64,000 nucleotides of DNA, taken from contig JBFWNN010000030.1 in assembly GCA_050251035.1 (NCBI GenBank), positions 1,451 through 65,450 of the forward strand. Direction: 5' to 3'. Shown piece by piece: positions 9,928 through 18,880 of this stretch. Each line of letters opens with the position of its first letter. Position 1 is the stretch's first letter. The translations under genes and the position numbers were made by a program. A model generated the notes under the pieces. That model saw only the letters and a program-made list of their open reading frames with translations. It did no database searches and had not been told where the DNA came from. The stretch comes from Parvibaculaceae bacterium. Lineage in GTDB: Bacteria > Pseudomonadota > Alphaproteobacteria > Rhizobiales > Aestuariivirgaceae.

Positions 9928-10107
9928 GTCTGGGATTGTGGCGGTTTGATGCCTTTCCGGGACTCGTTTAGCGACTCACCGTCAAATTCACACAGCCTCA
10001 GATTGCGGTCCGCCCCGGAGCCCCTGTCCGAAAGCAGAAGGAGCGGAGCGATTCCCATGGGCCTGGCGATAGTCTAGGAGTTTCTGACGAGCGAAAGGGA
10101 GCCGTTC

Positions 10108-10566
10108 ATGCCAGGATTGTGGTTCGAGGACTTCGAGGTAGGCAAGATCTACCGCCACTCCATCACTCGCACGGTGACCGAGATGGACAACATGATGTTC
10201 TCCTGCCTCACCATGAATCCGCAGCCCCTCCATATCGACCGGCATTTCTCGGCCCAGACCGAATGGGGTCAGCCGCTGATGAACTCGCTCTTCACCTTGG
10301 GCCTCATGATCGGCATCTCGGTGAACGACCTGACGCTCGGCACCACCATCGCCAATCTCGGCATGACCGACGTGAAGTTCCCTGCCCCGCTCTTCCAGGG
10401 CGACACGGTGAACGTCACGACCGAGGTACTCGCCAAGCGCGAGAGCAAATCGAGATCCGAGGCCGGCATCATCGACTTCCACCACAAGGCCTTCAAGCAG
10501 GACGGCACGCTGGTGGCCGAATGCCGGCGCCAGGCCTTCATGCGCAAGCGTCCGGCCGTGGGCTGA
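10108..10566 (+). CDS. MaoC family dehydratase
   Basis: GLWFEDF, RTVTEMDN, NPQPLHID, FPAPLFQGDT. Confidence 0.9.
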   Translation: MPGLWFEDFEVGKIYRHSITRTVTEMDNMMFSCLTMNPQPLHIDRHFSAQTEWGQPLMNSLFTLGLMIGISVNDLTLGTTIANLGMTDVKFPAPLFQGDTVNVTTEVLAKRESKSRSEAGIIDFHHKAFKQDGTLVAECRRQAFMRKRPAVG

Positions 10567-10568
10567 CG

Positions 10569-11393
10569 ATGCGCTCGCTCCTCTTCGTCCCGGCTGACAG
10601 CGAGAAGAAGCTCCCCAAGGCGCTCGCCTCTGAAGCCGATGTCGTCATCCTCGATCTCGAGGATTCGGTGGCGCTCGCCGACAAGCCCAGGGCGCGCGGC
10701 TTGGCGCGCGATATCCTGTCGTCGCCGCGTGGCCGCGCCAGGCTGTTCGTGCGTGTCAATGCGCTGGCGAGCGGCCTGATCGCCGACGACCTCGCCGCCG
10801 TTGCCGCGGCCGGGCCCGACGGCCTCCTGCTGCCCAAGTCGGAATCCGGCGCCGACGTGAAGCGTCTCATTGCCATGGCGAGGCTTCCCGTCATCGCCAT
10901 CGCCACCGAGACGGCGGCGGCGATGTTCAACCTCGGCACCTATGGCGATTGCGGACCTCGGCTTCTCGGCCTCACCTGGGGCATGGAGGATCTCGCCGCG
11001 GCTCTGGGCGCGCAGGCGAACCGCGACACGCAAGGCCGCCCGACCGCACCCTATGATCTCGCGCGTACTCTCTGCCTGATCGGAGCGCGCGCCGCGGGCG
11101 TCGAGCCGGTCGACGGCGTCTATGCCAACTTCCGCGACCTGGCGGGGCTCGAGACGCAATGCCGCGATGCGGTGCGCGACGGCTTCACCGCCAAGCTGTG
11201 CATCCATCCCGACCAGGTGGCGATCGTCAATCGCGTCTTCACCCCTTCGCCCGAGGCGATCGCCAGGGCTGAGCGCATCGTCACGGCGTTCGCCGCGGCG
11301 GGCGATGCCGGCGTCATCGGTCTCGATGGCGAGATGCTCGACGTCCCGCATCTCAAGGCGGCGAAGGCCTTGCTGGCGCGCCGTAAGAGCTAG
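10569..11393 (+). CDS. CitE/HpcH-HpaI family CoA-ester lyase
   Basis: MRSLLFVP, ILDLEDSV, FVRVN, WGMEDL, KLCIHPDQ, GEMLDVPH; true start ATG 10569. Confidence 0.9.
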   Translation: MRSLLFVPADSEKKLPKALASEADVVILDLEDSVALADKPRARGLARDILSSPRGRARLFVRVNALASGLIADDLAAVAAAGPDGLLLPKSESGADVKRLIAMARLPVIAIATETAAAMFNLGTYGDCGPRLLGLTWGMEDLAAALGAQANRDTQGRPTAPYDLARTLCLIGARAAGVEPVDGVYANFRDLAGLETQCRDAVRDGFTAKLCIHPDQVAIVNRVFTPSPEAIARAERIVTAFAAAGDAGVIGLDGEMLDVPHLKAAKALLARRKS

Positions 11394-11493
11394 CGCATGA
11401 TCCGGAAAGGTGGCTATCGGTTTTCCGATAAGATCATGCGCAAACAAAAGGATAGAGCGTGATGGCGTTTCAGCGAAAAGCCATCGCGCTCTA
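11390..11493. repeat. Rhizobiales-type intergenic palindromic element (RIME/BRU-RS-like)
   Basis: Two hairpins: gcgcatgatc (11393-11402)/gatcatgcgc (11432-11441) and tagagcgtgatggc (11453-11466)/gccatcgcgctcta (11480-11493), linked by aaacaaaagga. Confidence 0.75.
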
Positions 11494-12087
11494 ATCCGGC
11501 CGGCGCATGCGCCAGGCCGTCTCGACCGTCGTATATTCGCTGTAGCCCATGCGGGCGATGGGCTTCATCGCCGCCGTGTCGACGCGGCCATCCGCGATGA
11601 AACGGTCGTCGATGTAGACGCCGACGACGCGCCCGATGATCGCCCAGTTCGTGGCATCGCCGTGATCGTCGGGCAAGGGCACGATCTGAAACAGCCGGCA
11701 TTCGAGCGCCGCCGGGCTCTCCTTGACGCGCGGCGGCTTGACGAAGCGCGTCGGCGCCGGCGTGAGGCCCGCGAGCTTGAACTCGTCGACGTCGGGCGCC
11801 ACGCGCGCCGATGACGCATTCATCTGCTCGCGCAAGTCATAGGTTGCGATATTGATGACGAATTCGGCCATCGCCTCGATATTGGCGAGCGAGTCCTTCA
11901 TGCCGGACGATCCGATCACGATGTAGTGCGGCCTCTCGGAGACCGCGTTGAAGAAGCTGTAGGGTGCCAGATTGGGGACGCCCGTTCTCGACATGCTGGA
12001 AATCCACCCGATCGGACGCGGCGCCACGATCGCCTTGAACGGGTCGTTGGGCAGGCCATGCGTGTTGTCGATCGCATCATAATGCAT
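11491..12087 (-). CDS. Flavin reductase family protein
   Basis: VAPRPIGWISS, NLAPYSFFN, KDSLANIE, PPRVKESP. Confidence 0.9.
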   Translation of the reverse strand: MHYDAIDNTHGLPNDPFKAIVAPRPIGWISSMSRTGVPNLAPYSFFNAVSERPHYIVIGSSGMKDSLANIEAMAEFVINIATYDLREQMNASSARVAPDVDEFKLAGLTPAPTRFVKPPRVKESPAALECRLFQIVPLPDDHGDATNWAIIGRVVGVYIDDRFIADGRVDTAAMKPIARMGYSEYTTVETAWRMRRPD

Positions 12088-12797
12088 CAGCCGATCCTCC
12101 TGAGCAGCGCCGGCAGCTCGGTGATGCTGGCGATCACGTGATCGGCGAGCGGCGCCAGATGGTCAGCTGCCGAATTGCCGGAGAGCACGCCCACGGCGAG
12201 CCCCGCCCCCGCATCATGCGCCGTCTCCATGTCATGCGGGTTGTCGCCGACCATCGCGACCTCATCCGCCCTGATGCCGACCGCATCGGCGAAAGCATGG
12301 ATCATGTCGCCGAAAGGTTTGGGCCGCTTCACACTGTCGGCACCGAGAATGACGTCGAAGAGCTGGGCGGCATCGAGCGCTCCCATATGCGCCACCGCCG
12401 AAGCGGCTGTGTCATTGGTGGCGACGCCGAGCCTCAGCTCCATCCGACGCAGCTCTTCGAGAATGGGCCTGAGCGGCAGCAGCGGTTTCAGATGCTTCAG
12501 GCCGAGGCCGCGATAGTCGACATCGAGCAACCGCATCTTTTGGGCGAGGCCCGGGGCATCGAGCCCCGGCCACCACACCTCGACGATGTCGCGCGTCGTG
12601 CCTTGCGCCAGGATCGATCCCGCCTTGAAGGCGCCGGTCGCGGGGTCGTAGCCCGCGGCAACGAACTTCGCCTCGACCTCCGCCGGGCCGAGATCGGCGA
12701 AGACCTCGCGGAGGAGCTCCCGATAGGCCGGAACCCATGTGCCGGTCACATCGATCAACGTCCCGTCCTTGTCGAAGAGAACCCCTTTGATGGTCAT
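12087..12797 (-). CDS. HAD family hydrolase (phosphoglycolate phosphatase-like)
   Basis: LFDKDGTL, GVATND, PKP, MVGDNPHD. Confidence 0.9.
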   Translation of the reverse strand: MTIKGVLFDKDGTLIDVTGTWVPAYRELLREVFADLGPAEVEAKFVAAGYDPATGAFKAGSILAQGTTRDIVEVWWPGLDAPGLAQKMRLLDVDYRGLGLKHLKPLLPLRPILEELRRMELRLGVATNDTAASAVAHMGALDAAQLFDVILGADSVKRPKPFGDMIHAFADAVGIRADEVAMVGDNPHDMETAHDAGAGLAVGVLSGNSAADHLAPLADHVIASITELPALLRRIG

Positions 12798-12805
12798 GAC
12801 GGGCG

Positions 12806-13393
12806 TCAGCCTCGCCAGCGGGTGATGAGGCTTTCGGGATCGGGCCGCGGCCGGTCCTCGAGTGCGGCTCCCGGCGTGCCGAGATAGACGATGCCGACGA
12901 TCTTCTCGGTCGAGCCGAGGCCCATCGCCTTCATGATCTCCGGGTCATAGGCGATCCAATCGGTATTCCACTGGGCGCCCACGCCCAGCGCCGCGGCGGC
13001 GAGCAGCAGGTTCTGCGTCAGGGCGCCGGCGGAGAGAAGCTGCTCCCATTCCGGGATCTTCACATGCGGCCCGGCCTTGGAGACGATGACGAGCACGGTC
13101 GGGGCCCTGACGAACAGGCCCGCCTGGAAGGCAAGCGAATCCGCGCCGTGATCGGGATGGAGCGCCTGCCAGCGGGCCTTGATGATCTCTCCGAATGTCC
13201 GCCGCGCTTCGCCCTCGAACAGCACGAGCCGCCATGGCGTGAGCTTGCCGTGATCGGGCACGCGCACGGCGATTTCGAGGATGGTCTTGAGCTGCTCGGG
13301 CGTGGGACCAGGCTCGCCCATGGCTTTGACGGAGGCCGATTTGCGGGTCTGGAGGAGGCTCAGGGCTGAGGAGGTGTCGTTGAGGCGGGTCAT
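12806..13393 (-). CDS. Nitroreductase (YdjA-like)
   Basis: RVPDHGKLTPWR, IPEWEQLLSAGA; probable start ATG 13393. Confidence 0.9.
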   Translation of the reverse strand: MTRLNDTSSALSLLQTRKSASVKAMGEPGPTPEQLKTILEIAVRVPDHGKLTPWRLVLFEGEARRTFGEIIKARWQALHPDHGADSLAFQAGLFVRAPTVLVIVSKAGPHVKIPEWEQLLSAGALTQNLLLAAAALGVGAQWNTDWIAYDPEIMKAMGLGSTEKIVGIVYLGTPGAALEDRPRPDPESLITRWRG

Positions 13394-13465
13394 GCGCCTT
13401 AACAAGAGAAGCCTCCCGACAAAGTCAAGTTCGGAAACAACAAGCCTCAATTGCAAGCGAAGGCG

Positions 13466-13480
13466 TTAACCAAAAATTAA
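13466..13480. promoter_or_regulatory. Perfect CtrA box TTAA-N7-TTAA
   Basis: g-ttaa ccaaaaa ttaa between the divergent nitroreductase and exported-protein genes. Confidence 0.75.
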
Positions 13481-13564
13481 GCATATCATTGAGCCGGCCC
13501 CACTTCTCGTGTTGGCTTGCCCTGCCGGCCGGACCGGTTGAGGGAAAACAGGGGAACGTCTCGC

Positions 13565-14476
13565 ATGCACGTCGGCTTCATCCGTGCAGCTTTACTCGGC
13601 CGCCAGGCGCTTGGATGCGTCCTGGCGGCATTTCTTTCGGCCACGGCCCCTGCTCTTGCCGCCTCCTCGACCGCCGCCATAGACCGCGCCCCCGAGGTCC
13701 TGCGCTCGGGCGAGGATGTCGGCGCCGAGGTTCGCATCGAGCTCACCCGCCCCGGCGACGAGGGCCTCACCTTCAATGCCCGCCTCAGCGAGGCGGGCGG
13801 CGTCATCAACCGGCCGATCTCCTGGCAGGTGCGGGCCTTCGGCGGGGAAACCCTGTTTGCGCAAGACGCCGACGAGGCTTCGCTCGCGGCCGAGCCAGGC
13901 GACTATATGGTGGAAGCGAGCTATGGCGCGGTGAAGATCGAACGCAAGCTCACTTTGCTCGCGGGGCAGCGCCTTGCCGTGACCTTCGTGCTCAATGCCG
14001 GCGGCTTGCGCGTACTGCCGAAGCTCAAGCAGCTCGGCCTCCCCGCCGCCCGGCCCTTCACCAGCATCTACAGGTCGTCCGGCGTCGATGGCGGAACGCT
14101 CGTCGCCATCACCGACGAGCCGGGCGAGATCCTGAGGCTCGGCGCCGGGTCCTACCGCATCGAGAGCCGCTTCCAGCCGGGCAATGCCCAGGCCATGACC
14201 GAGGTCACGGTCAAGCCGGGCCTGCTTTCGGCGGTCGAGCTCGACATGACCGCCGGCATTGCCCGGCTCGATGCCTCGGGTGCCGGCGAGCGCGAGATTT
14301 ACTGGATCATCACCGATGCCAAGGGCGAAAGACTGCCCGGCATCCCTGGCCCCACCGCCGATGTGGTGCTGAAGCCCGGCCGCTACGTGCTCCGTACACG
14401 GATTGACGGCGTCGAGAGGATTTCAGCCTTCACCATCGAGCCCGGCCGCGTCAGCGCCATCATTCAATCGAATTAG
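13565..14476 (+). CDS. Exported hypothetical protein with three beta-sandwich-like repeats
   Basis: Signal peptide ending APALA; repeated (P/A)GxY motif (EPGDYMVEA, GAGSYRIES, KPGRYVLRT). Confidence 0.7.
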   Translation: MHVGFIRAALLGRQALGCVLAAFLSATAPALAASSTAAIDRAPEVLRSGEDVGAEVRIELTRPGDEGLTFNARLSEAGGVINRPISWQVRAFGGETLFAQDADEASLAAEPGDYMVEASYGAVKIERKLTLLAGQRLAVTFVLNAGGLRVLPKLKQLGLPAARPFTSIYRSSGVDGGTLVAITDEPGEILRLGAGSYRIESRFQPGNAQAMTEVTVKPGLLSAVELDMTAGIARLDASGAGEREIYWIITDAKGERLPGIPGPTADVVLKPGRYVLRTRIDGVERISAFTIEPGRVSAIIQSN

Positions 14477-17400
14477 GTCCCCGCCGCCAAGGCCTCATCC
14501 AACGCTTGCGTTGCGCGGATGAATTGGTAGTCGCGGCCGAGCGCCGCCAGTCGCATGAGCTCGGCCTTCGCCGCCTCGCTGCGCTCGCCGCGCCCGACGC
14601 GGATCAGGATGCGCGCCCGCTCGATGAGGAAAACCGCCCATGGGAAAGGCTCCTCGGCGATGTAGTCCGCCAGCGCCTGGATGAAGCTCTCCGCCGCCGC
14701 CCAGTCCCGCCGTTTCAGCGACGCCGTCATCATGTGACCGTTGAAATAGAGATGGTTGTGGATCGGCGCGCCGGCCTTGAGGATGGCGCGGGCATGCGCG
14801 ATATGTGCGTGACGCTCGCTTTCACCAGCGGCCAGCTCGGCCAGCATGCCGAGCACGATCGGTCCCATATAGTTGAGCCCGGTCTCCTCGCAGAGCTTGT
14901 ACGCCCGATCGGCATAGTGCCGGGCCTCGTCCCGGCGCTCGGCGGTGAGCGCAAGCTCGGCAAAGAACATCTTGCTTTCCGCCTCGAAACGCTTGGCGCC
15001 GAGCGCGATCGCAATCTCGTCCGCTTTCACCGCATGCTCGCGCGCCGTCTCGATCTCGTCCGCCTCGAACCTGCGGAAATAACCGCAGTGATGCGCGATC
15101 ATCAAGGCGCGCCGGGCGCCGGCGCGCTCGGCGAGTTCGATCGTCTCGCGCGTATAGGTGTCGGTCTCGCGCCATTCGCCCTTGGAAAGCGCGGTCAAGG
15201 CGCACATCGGCAGATTGGCTACCTCGATGCGGCCAAAACCCTCCTTGCGCGCCAGCATCACGCAGCGGCTGAAGGCGTCATGGGCGCTGAGCATGCGGCC
15301 ATTGGCGTAATAGCCATCTCCCAGCCCGCCCAAGGCGCGGATCTCGGCTTCGATGGAGCCCGCCGCGCGTGCGAAGTCGAGAGCCTTCTGATGCTCGGCC
15401 AGGCACTCGGCCAGCCGCCCTTGCGGGAACAGGAGATTGCCGCGCAGATAATGCGATCGCGACAGGTCATAAAGCAGCCGATCGCTCTCGGCGATCGCAT
15501 CGGCGCGGTCGAGCGCCGCGAAGGCTTCACTGAGCCGGTCGGATAATCTGAGAGTCTGGGCGAAACCGATATTGGCGCGGCAGGACAGCGCCCGATCACC
15601 CTCGGCGAGCCGCAGCGCCGCGGGCCAGACCTCGAGCGCCGGAGCGGTCTGCCCCGTCTCGAGCAGCATCTCGCCGCGGCGCGTGAGCAACTCCGCCTTG
15701 CGCGGGCCCTCCTCCGCCAGCTCCACCGCGCGCGCATTGAGCACGATCGCATTGTCATAATGGTAGATCGCCCATTCGCTTTCCGCCGCCTTGTCATAGG
15801 CGTCGGCGGCGCGCGGATCCTGCGCCTGGTCGAGATGACTGGCGGCAAGGAGCCTGTCGCGTCCCTCGAACCAGTCGGCCGCTTTCACATGCAGGGTCCG
15901 GCGGCGCGATTTCGGCAGGGTGCCATAGGTAGCATCGCGCACCAGAGCATGCACGAACTCGTATTGGTGCCCCGCACGCCTGAGCAGCACCGCGTCGATC
16001 AGCGCCTGCAGCCCCGCCCCTCTTTCCTCCAGGAGATGATCGATCTCGTCCTGAGTGAACCGATGGCCGAGGACCGAGGCGGTCTGCACGATGCGCCGGT
16101 CTCTTTCCGGCAGACGGTCGAGGCGCGCGACGATGAGGCTCTGGATCGATTGCGGCAGCGCTTCGCCGCCGGCCCCCGTCTTGTGATGCAGCAGTTGCAC
16201 CAGGAACAGCGGATTGCCTGCGGCGCGCTGCAGGACCTCCCGCACGAGCGCGGTCTCACCGGCGAAGACCTGCGCAGCGAGGCTCGCCGCCTCCTTGTCG
16301 GTGAGGGCGGCAAGGTTAAGGACCTTGACCGAGGTCGGTGCCACCCGCGCAAGCCAGGCGTTGTCCAGCGGATCGCGTTCCGGACGCGTCGTGAAGATGA
16401 GGGTGATCGGACAGGATCGGGCCGCAAGTGCCAGCGCCGCGAGCATGTCCAGTCCGTCATCGTCGATCCAGTGCAGATCTTCCACCGTGAAGAAAAGCGG
16501 TCTCTGGCGGGCGGCGAAGCTTGCGATCCTGCCCAGGGTTTCGATCCGCGCCGCCAGTCGGCCTGCGGCATCGAAGGCATTGAAGACGCGGACGAGGCCG
16601 GCCGGCATCATCACGCCCGTGAGGTCGTGCAGGAAGGCCTCGTCACGCTCGCCAAGGCCATGCTGCGCGACGAAGCCGGCGATGCCCGCGACCAGGCCAG
16701 CCTCGTCTGCGCCGGGCTCGATGGCGAGAAGGGCTTGCGTGATGGTTCGCCGCAATTGCGTCTGACTGCCTCCCCCGAAGCTCATGACCGCGGCGCTGAG
16801 GCATGGCAGGCCACGGGCGCGTGCCGCGGCGGTGGCGGCTTCCAGCAAGCGGGACTTGCCGATCCCGGCCTCGCCGCGAAGATGGACGATGCGGCCGGCC
16901 CCTTCCCGGGCGGTGATGTCGAGGGCCGTCTCGATCTCCGCCATTTCCGCCCGGCGCCCGACAAAGGGCGGCCCCTCTTCATCGCGCGAGGCGCGCTCCT
17001 GCGCGGACAGCCTGAAGACGGGAAGCGGCTCGGCGAAACCGTCGAGTTCGCGGCGGCCGAGCGCATCCACCGCGTGGCGGTGGGCGACGGCGGTCGCGAG
17101 ATCGTCCGAAAGCAGGATCTCGCCGCGCCGCGCCAGATCGCACAGGCGCGCGGCGAGATTGACCGACGAGCCGGTGATCGTATAGGGCCGGTGCACATCG
17201 CTGCCGGTGGTCGCCGCGAGCACCGTGCCCGCCGCCAGACCGCAATGCGCATCGAGGGGGCCGGCCTTGTAGCGCTGAGCGAGCGTCGCCATCCCCTCGC
17301 GGATTGCGATCGCCGCGGCGATCGCTCTCAGCGCATCATCGCCATGGGCGACGGGGGCGCCGAACACCGCCATGGTGCAGTCGCCGATATGCTTGTCCAC

Positions 17401-17727
17401 CGTGCCGCCCAGGCGCACGATCGCGCCGTCCGCCAGCGCGAAGAAATCATTGAGCAGGTTCTGCACATCTTCCGGATCCCGGTTCTCCGAGAACGCGGTA
17501 TAGCCCGACAGGTCGGCGAAGAGGACGGTGACCGGCCTGAGCTCGCCTTCGGCCGGACGAACGGCCGGCGCTGCGGCCTGGAGCGCCGCGCCGCAATGGC
17601 CGCAAAAGCGCGACGCGGGAGGATTTTCTCCACCGCAGCTGCGGCAGGTCGGAGCGATGGGCGCCCCGCAGCCGGTGCAGAAGCGCTGGCCGGGTTTCGT
17701 CTCGGTTCCGCAGGATCGGCAGGCCAT
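14473..17727 (-). CDS. Double zinc ribbon + class III adenylate cyclase + STAND/AAA ATPase + TPR protein
   Basis: Four CxxC pairs; LFADLSGYT, DKHIGD, VNLAARL; GEAGIGKS, VEDLHW, GNPLF; helical repeats; start ATG 17727. Confidence 0.9.
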   Translation of the reverse strand: MACRSCGTETKPGQRFCTGCGAPIAPTCRSCGGENPPASRFCGHCGAALQAAAPAVRPAEGELRPVTVLFADLSGYTAFSENRDPEDVQNLLNDFFALADGAIVRLGGTVDKHIGDCTMAVFGAPVAHGDDALRAIAAAIAIREGMATLAQRYKAGPLDAHCGLAAGTVLAATTGSDVHRPYTITGSSVNLAARLCDLARRGEILLSDDLATAVAHRHAVDALGRRELDGFAEPLPVFRLSAQERASRDEEGPPFVGRRAEMAEIETALDITAREGAGRIVHLRGEAGIGKSRLLEAATAAARARGLPCLSAAVMSFGGGSQTQLRRTITQALLAIEPGADEAGLVAGIAGFVAQHGLGERDEAFLHDLTGVMMPAGLVRVFNAFDAAGRLAARIETLGRIASFAARQRPLFFTVEDLHWIDDDGLDMLAALALAARSCPITLIFTTRPERDPLDNAWLARVAPTSVKVLNLAALTDKEAASLAAQVFAGETALVREVLQRAAGNPLFLVQLLHHKTGAGGEALPQSIQSLIVARLDRLPERDRRIVQTASVLGHRFTQDEIDHLLEERGAGLQALIDAVLLRRAGHQYEFVHALVRDATYGTLPKSRRRTLHVKAADWFEGRDRLLAASHLDQAQDPRAADAYDKAAESEWAIYHYDNAIVLNARAVELAEEGPRKAELLTRRGEMLLETGQTAPALEVWPAALRLAEGDRALSCRANIGFAQTLRLSDRLSEAFAALDRADAIAESDRLLYDLSRSHYLRGNLLFPQGRLAECLAEHQKALDFARAAGSIEAEIRALGGLGDGYYANGRMLSAHDAFSRCVMLARKEGFGRIEVANLPMCALTALSKGEWRETDTYTRETIELAERAGARRALMIAHHCGYFRRFEADEIETAREHAVKADEIAIALGAKRFEAESKMFFAELALTAERRDEARHYADRAYKLCEETGLNYMGPIVLGMLAELAAGESERHAHIAHARAILKAGAPIHNHLYFNGHMMTASLKRRDWAAAESFIQALADYIAEEPFPWAVFLIERARILIRVGRGERSEAAKAELMRLAALGRDYQFIRATQALDEALAAGT

Positions 17728-17816
17728 CGTCACTCCAGCCGGGATGGAACCGTCATTATCGCGCGGCGGCCCACGCATTTCCACCGTCGTTACCAGCTCC
17801 GGCGAATGCCGGCTTC

Positions 17817-18707
17817 CTATTTTGCCAGATTGACGATGATCACGCCCAGCAGCGCCATGATACCGCCGATGACGGCGAACAGCGTCGGCACCTCGCCCAG
17901 CCACAGGAAACCGAGCACGGTCGAGATGGGCGGCACGCTATAGAGGAAGTTCGAGGCCCGGCTCGCCGGGAATTTCGACAGCATGACGGAATAGGTGGCA
18001 TAGGCGATCATGCTGGGGCCGATGCCCAGATAGATCGTGGCGAAGAGCGCCTCGGTCGAGGCCTGCGGCACCTGCATCGCCGCCGCCGGGATGAAGGGCG
18101 AAAGGAGCACGGCACCGATGACGATGTTCCAGGCCGCGACCGTCACCGGACGGTGCGTCTTGAACAGCGGCTTCTGGGCGATGGTGGTGATGGTGTTGCA
18201 CAAGGCCGCGCCGAAGACGAAGAGCGCGCCGATGTCGATCCGGAAGCCTTCGCCTTCACCGACCGCGATGAGGCCGATCCCGGCGAAGGAAATGGCGGTG
18301 CCGAGCCAGGCCCGTCCGCTGAAGGTCTCATTGAGCAGCAGCATGGCGAAGATGGCGGTGATGATCGGATTGACGTTGATGATGAAGGCGGCCGCCCCCG
18401 CCGACACGGTCTGCTCGCCGATATTGAGGAGCACGGTGTAGAGGGCGACGAAGAACACGCCGCCGATGAGAATGCGCCAGATCTCGCCGCCGCGCGGCCA
18501 GCCGGGCTGCGTGATGAGGAGATAGAGGGCAGCCGGTATGCCGGCGATGGCGAAGCGGGCGGCGCCGAGCTCCACCGGCCCGAAGGCCTGGAGGCCGGCG
18601 CGGATCGCCGGGAAGGCCGAGGCCCAGATGAGGATGGTGATGACGACGGCGGCGATGGCGGTGCCGTCGCGGGTCACGGCTGGGGGTTGGGCGGCGGCGT
18701 CGGCCAT
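17817..18707 (-). CDS. DMT/EamA family transporter
   Basis: IWASAFPAIR, about 10 TM segments, WLGEVP; start ATG 18707. Confidence 0.9.
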   Translation of the reverse strand: MADAAAQPPAVTRDGTAIAAVVITILIWASAFPAIRAGLQAFGPVELGAARFAIAGIPAALYLLITQPGWPRGGEIWRILIGGVFFVALYTVLLNIGEQTVSAGAAAFIINVNPIITAIFAMLLLNETFSGRAWLGTAISFAGIGLIAVGEGEGFRIDIGALFVFGAALCNTITTIAQKPLFKTHRPVTVAAWNIVIGAVLLSPFIPAAAMQVPQASTEALFATIYLGIGPSMIAYATYSVMLSKFPASRASNFLYSVPPISTVLGFLWLGEVPTLFAVIGGIMALLGVIIVNLAK

Positions 18708-18792
18708 GGGTATCTCCAATGGTGAGATGCCGCGCACAGCCGAACCGGCTTGCAAGGAAACCATCTCAACTAATTGAAATGAAAGAGCTCGA

Positions 18793-18805
18793 TGAGACAG
18801 GCTCA
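18793..18805. promoter_or_regulatory. LysR-type T-N11-A operator
   Basis: tgag acagg ctca palindrome between the divergent DMT and LysR genes. Confidence 0.45.
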
Positions 18806-18880
18806 GGACTCATCAAATCCAGTCCGTCGTATTTCGGCCCGATCCAGCTCATTGACAAACGAAACAATCGAGTATGAGCT

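Noticed and set aside
10084-10097. CTGACGA-GC-GAAA resembling a hammerhead core
   Set aside because: No room for stem II and no flanking stems with a cleavage triplet.
9760-10107. Possible chromosomal origin
   Set aside because: Only one perfect DnaA box, no extended AT-rich unwinding region, and no hemE/dnaA/parAB context; kept only as a regulatory-node finding.
15760-17943. 727-aa ORF antisense to the cyclase
   Set aside because: No motifs; a typical stop-poor shadow frame of high-GC coding DNA.
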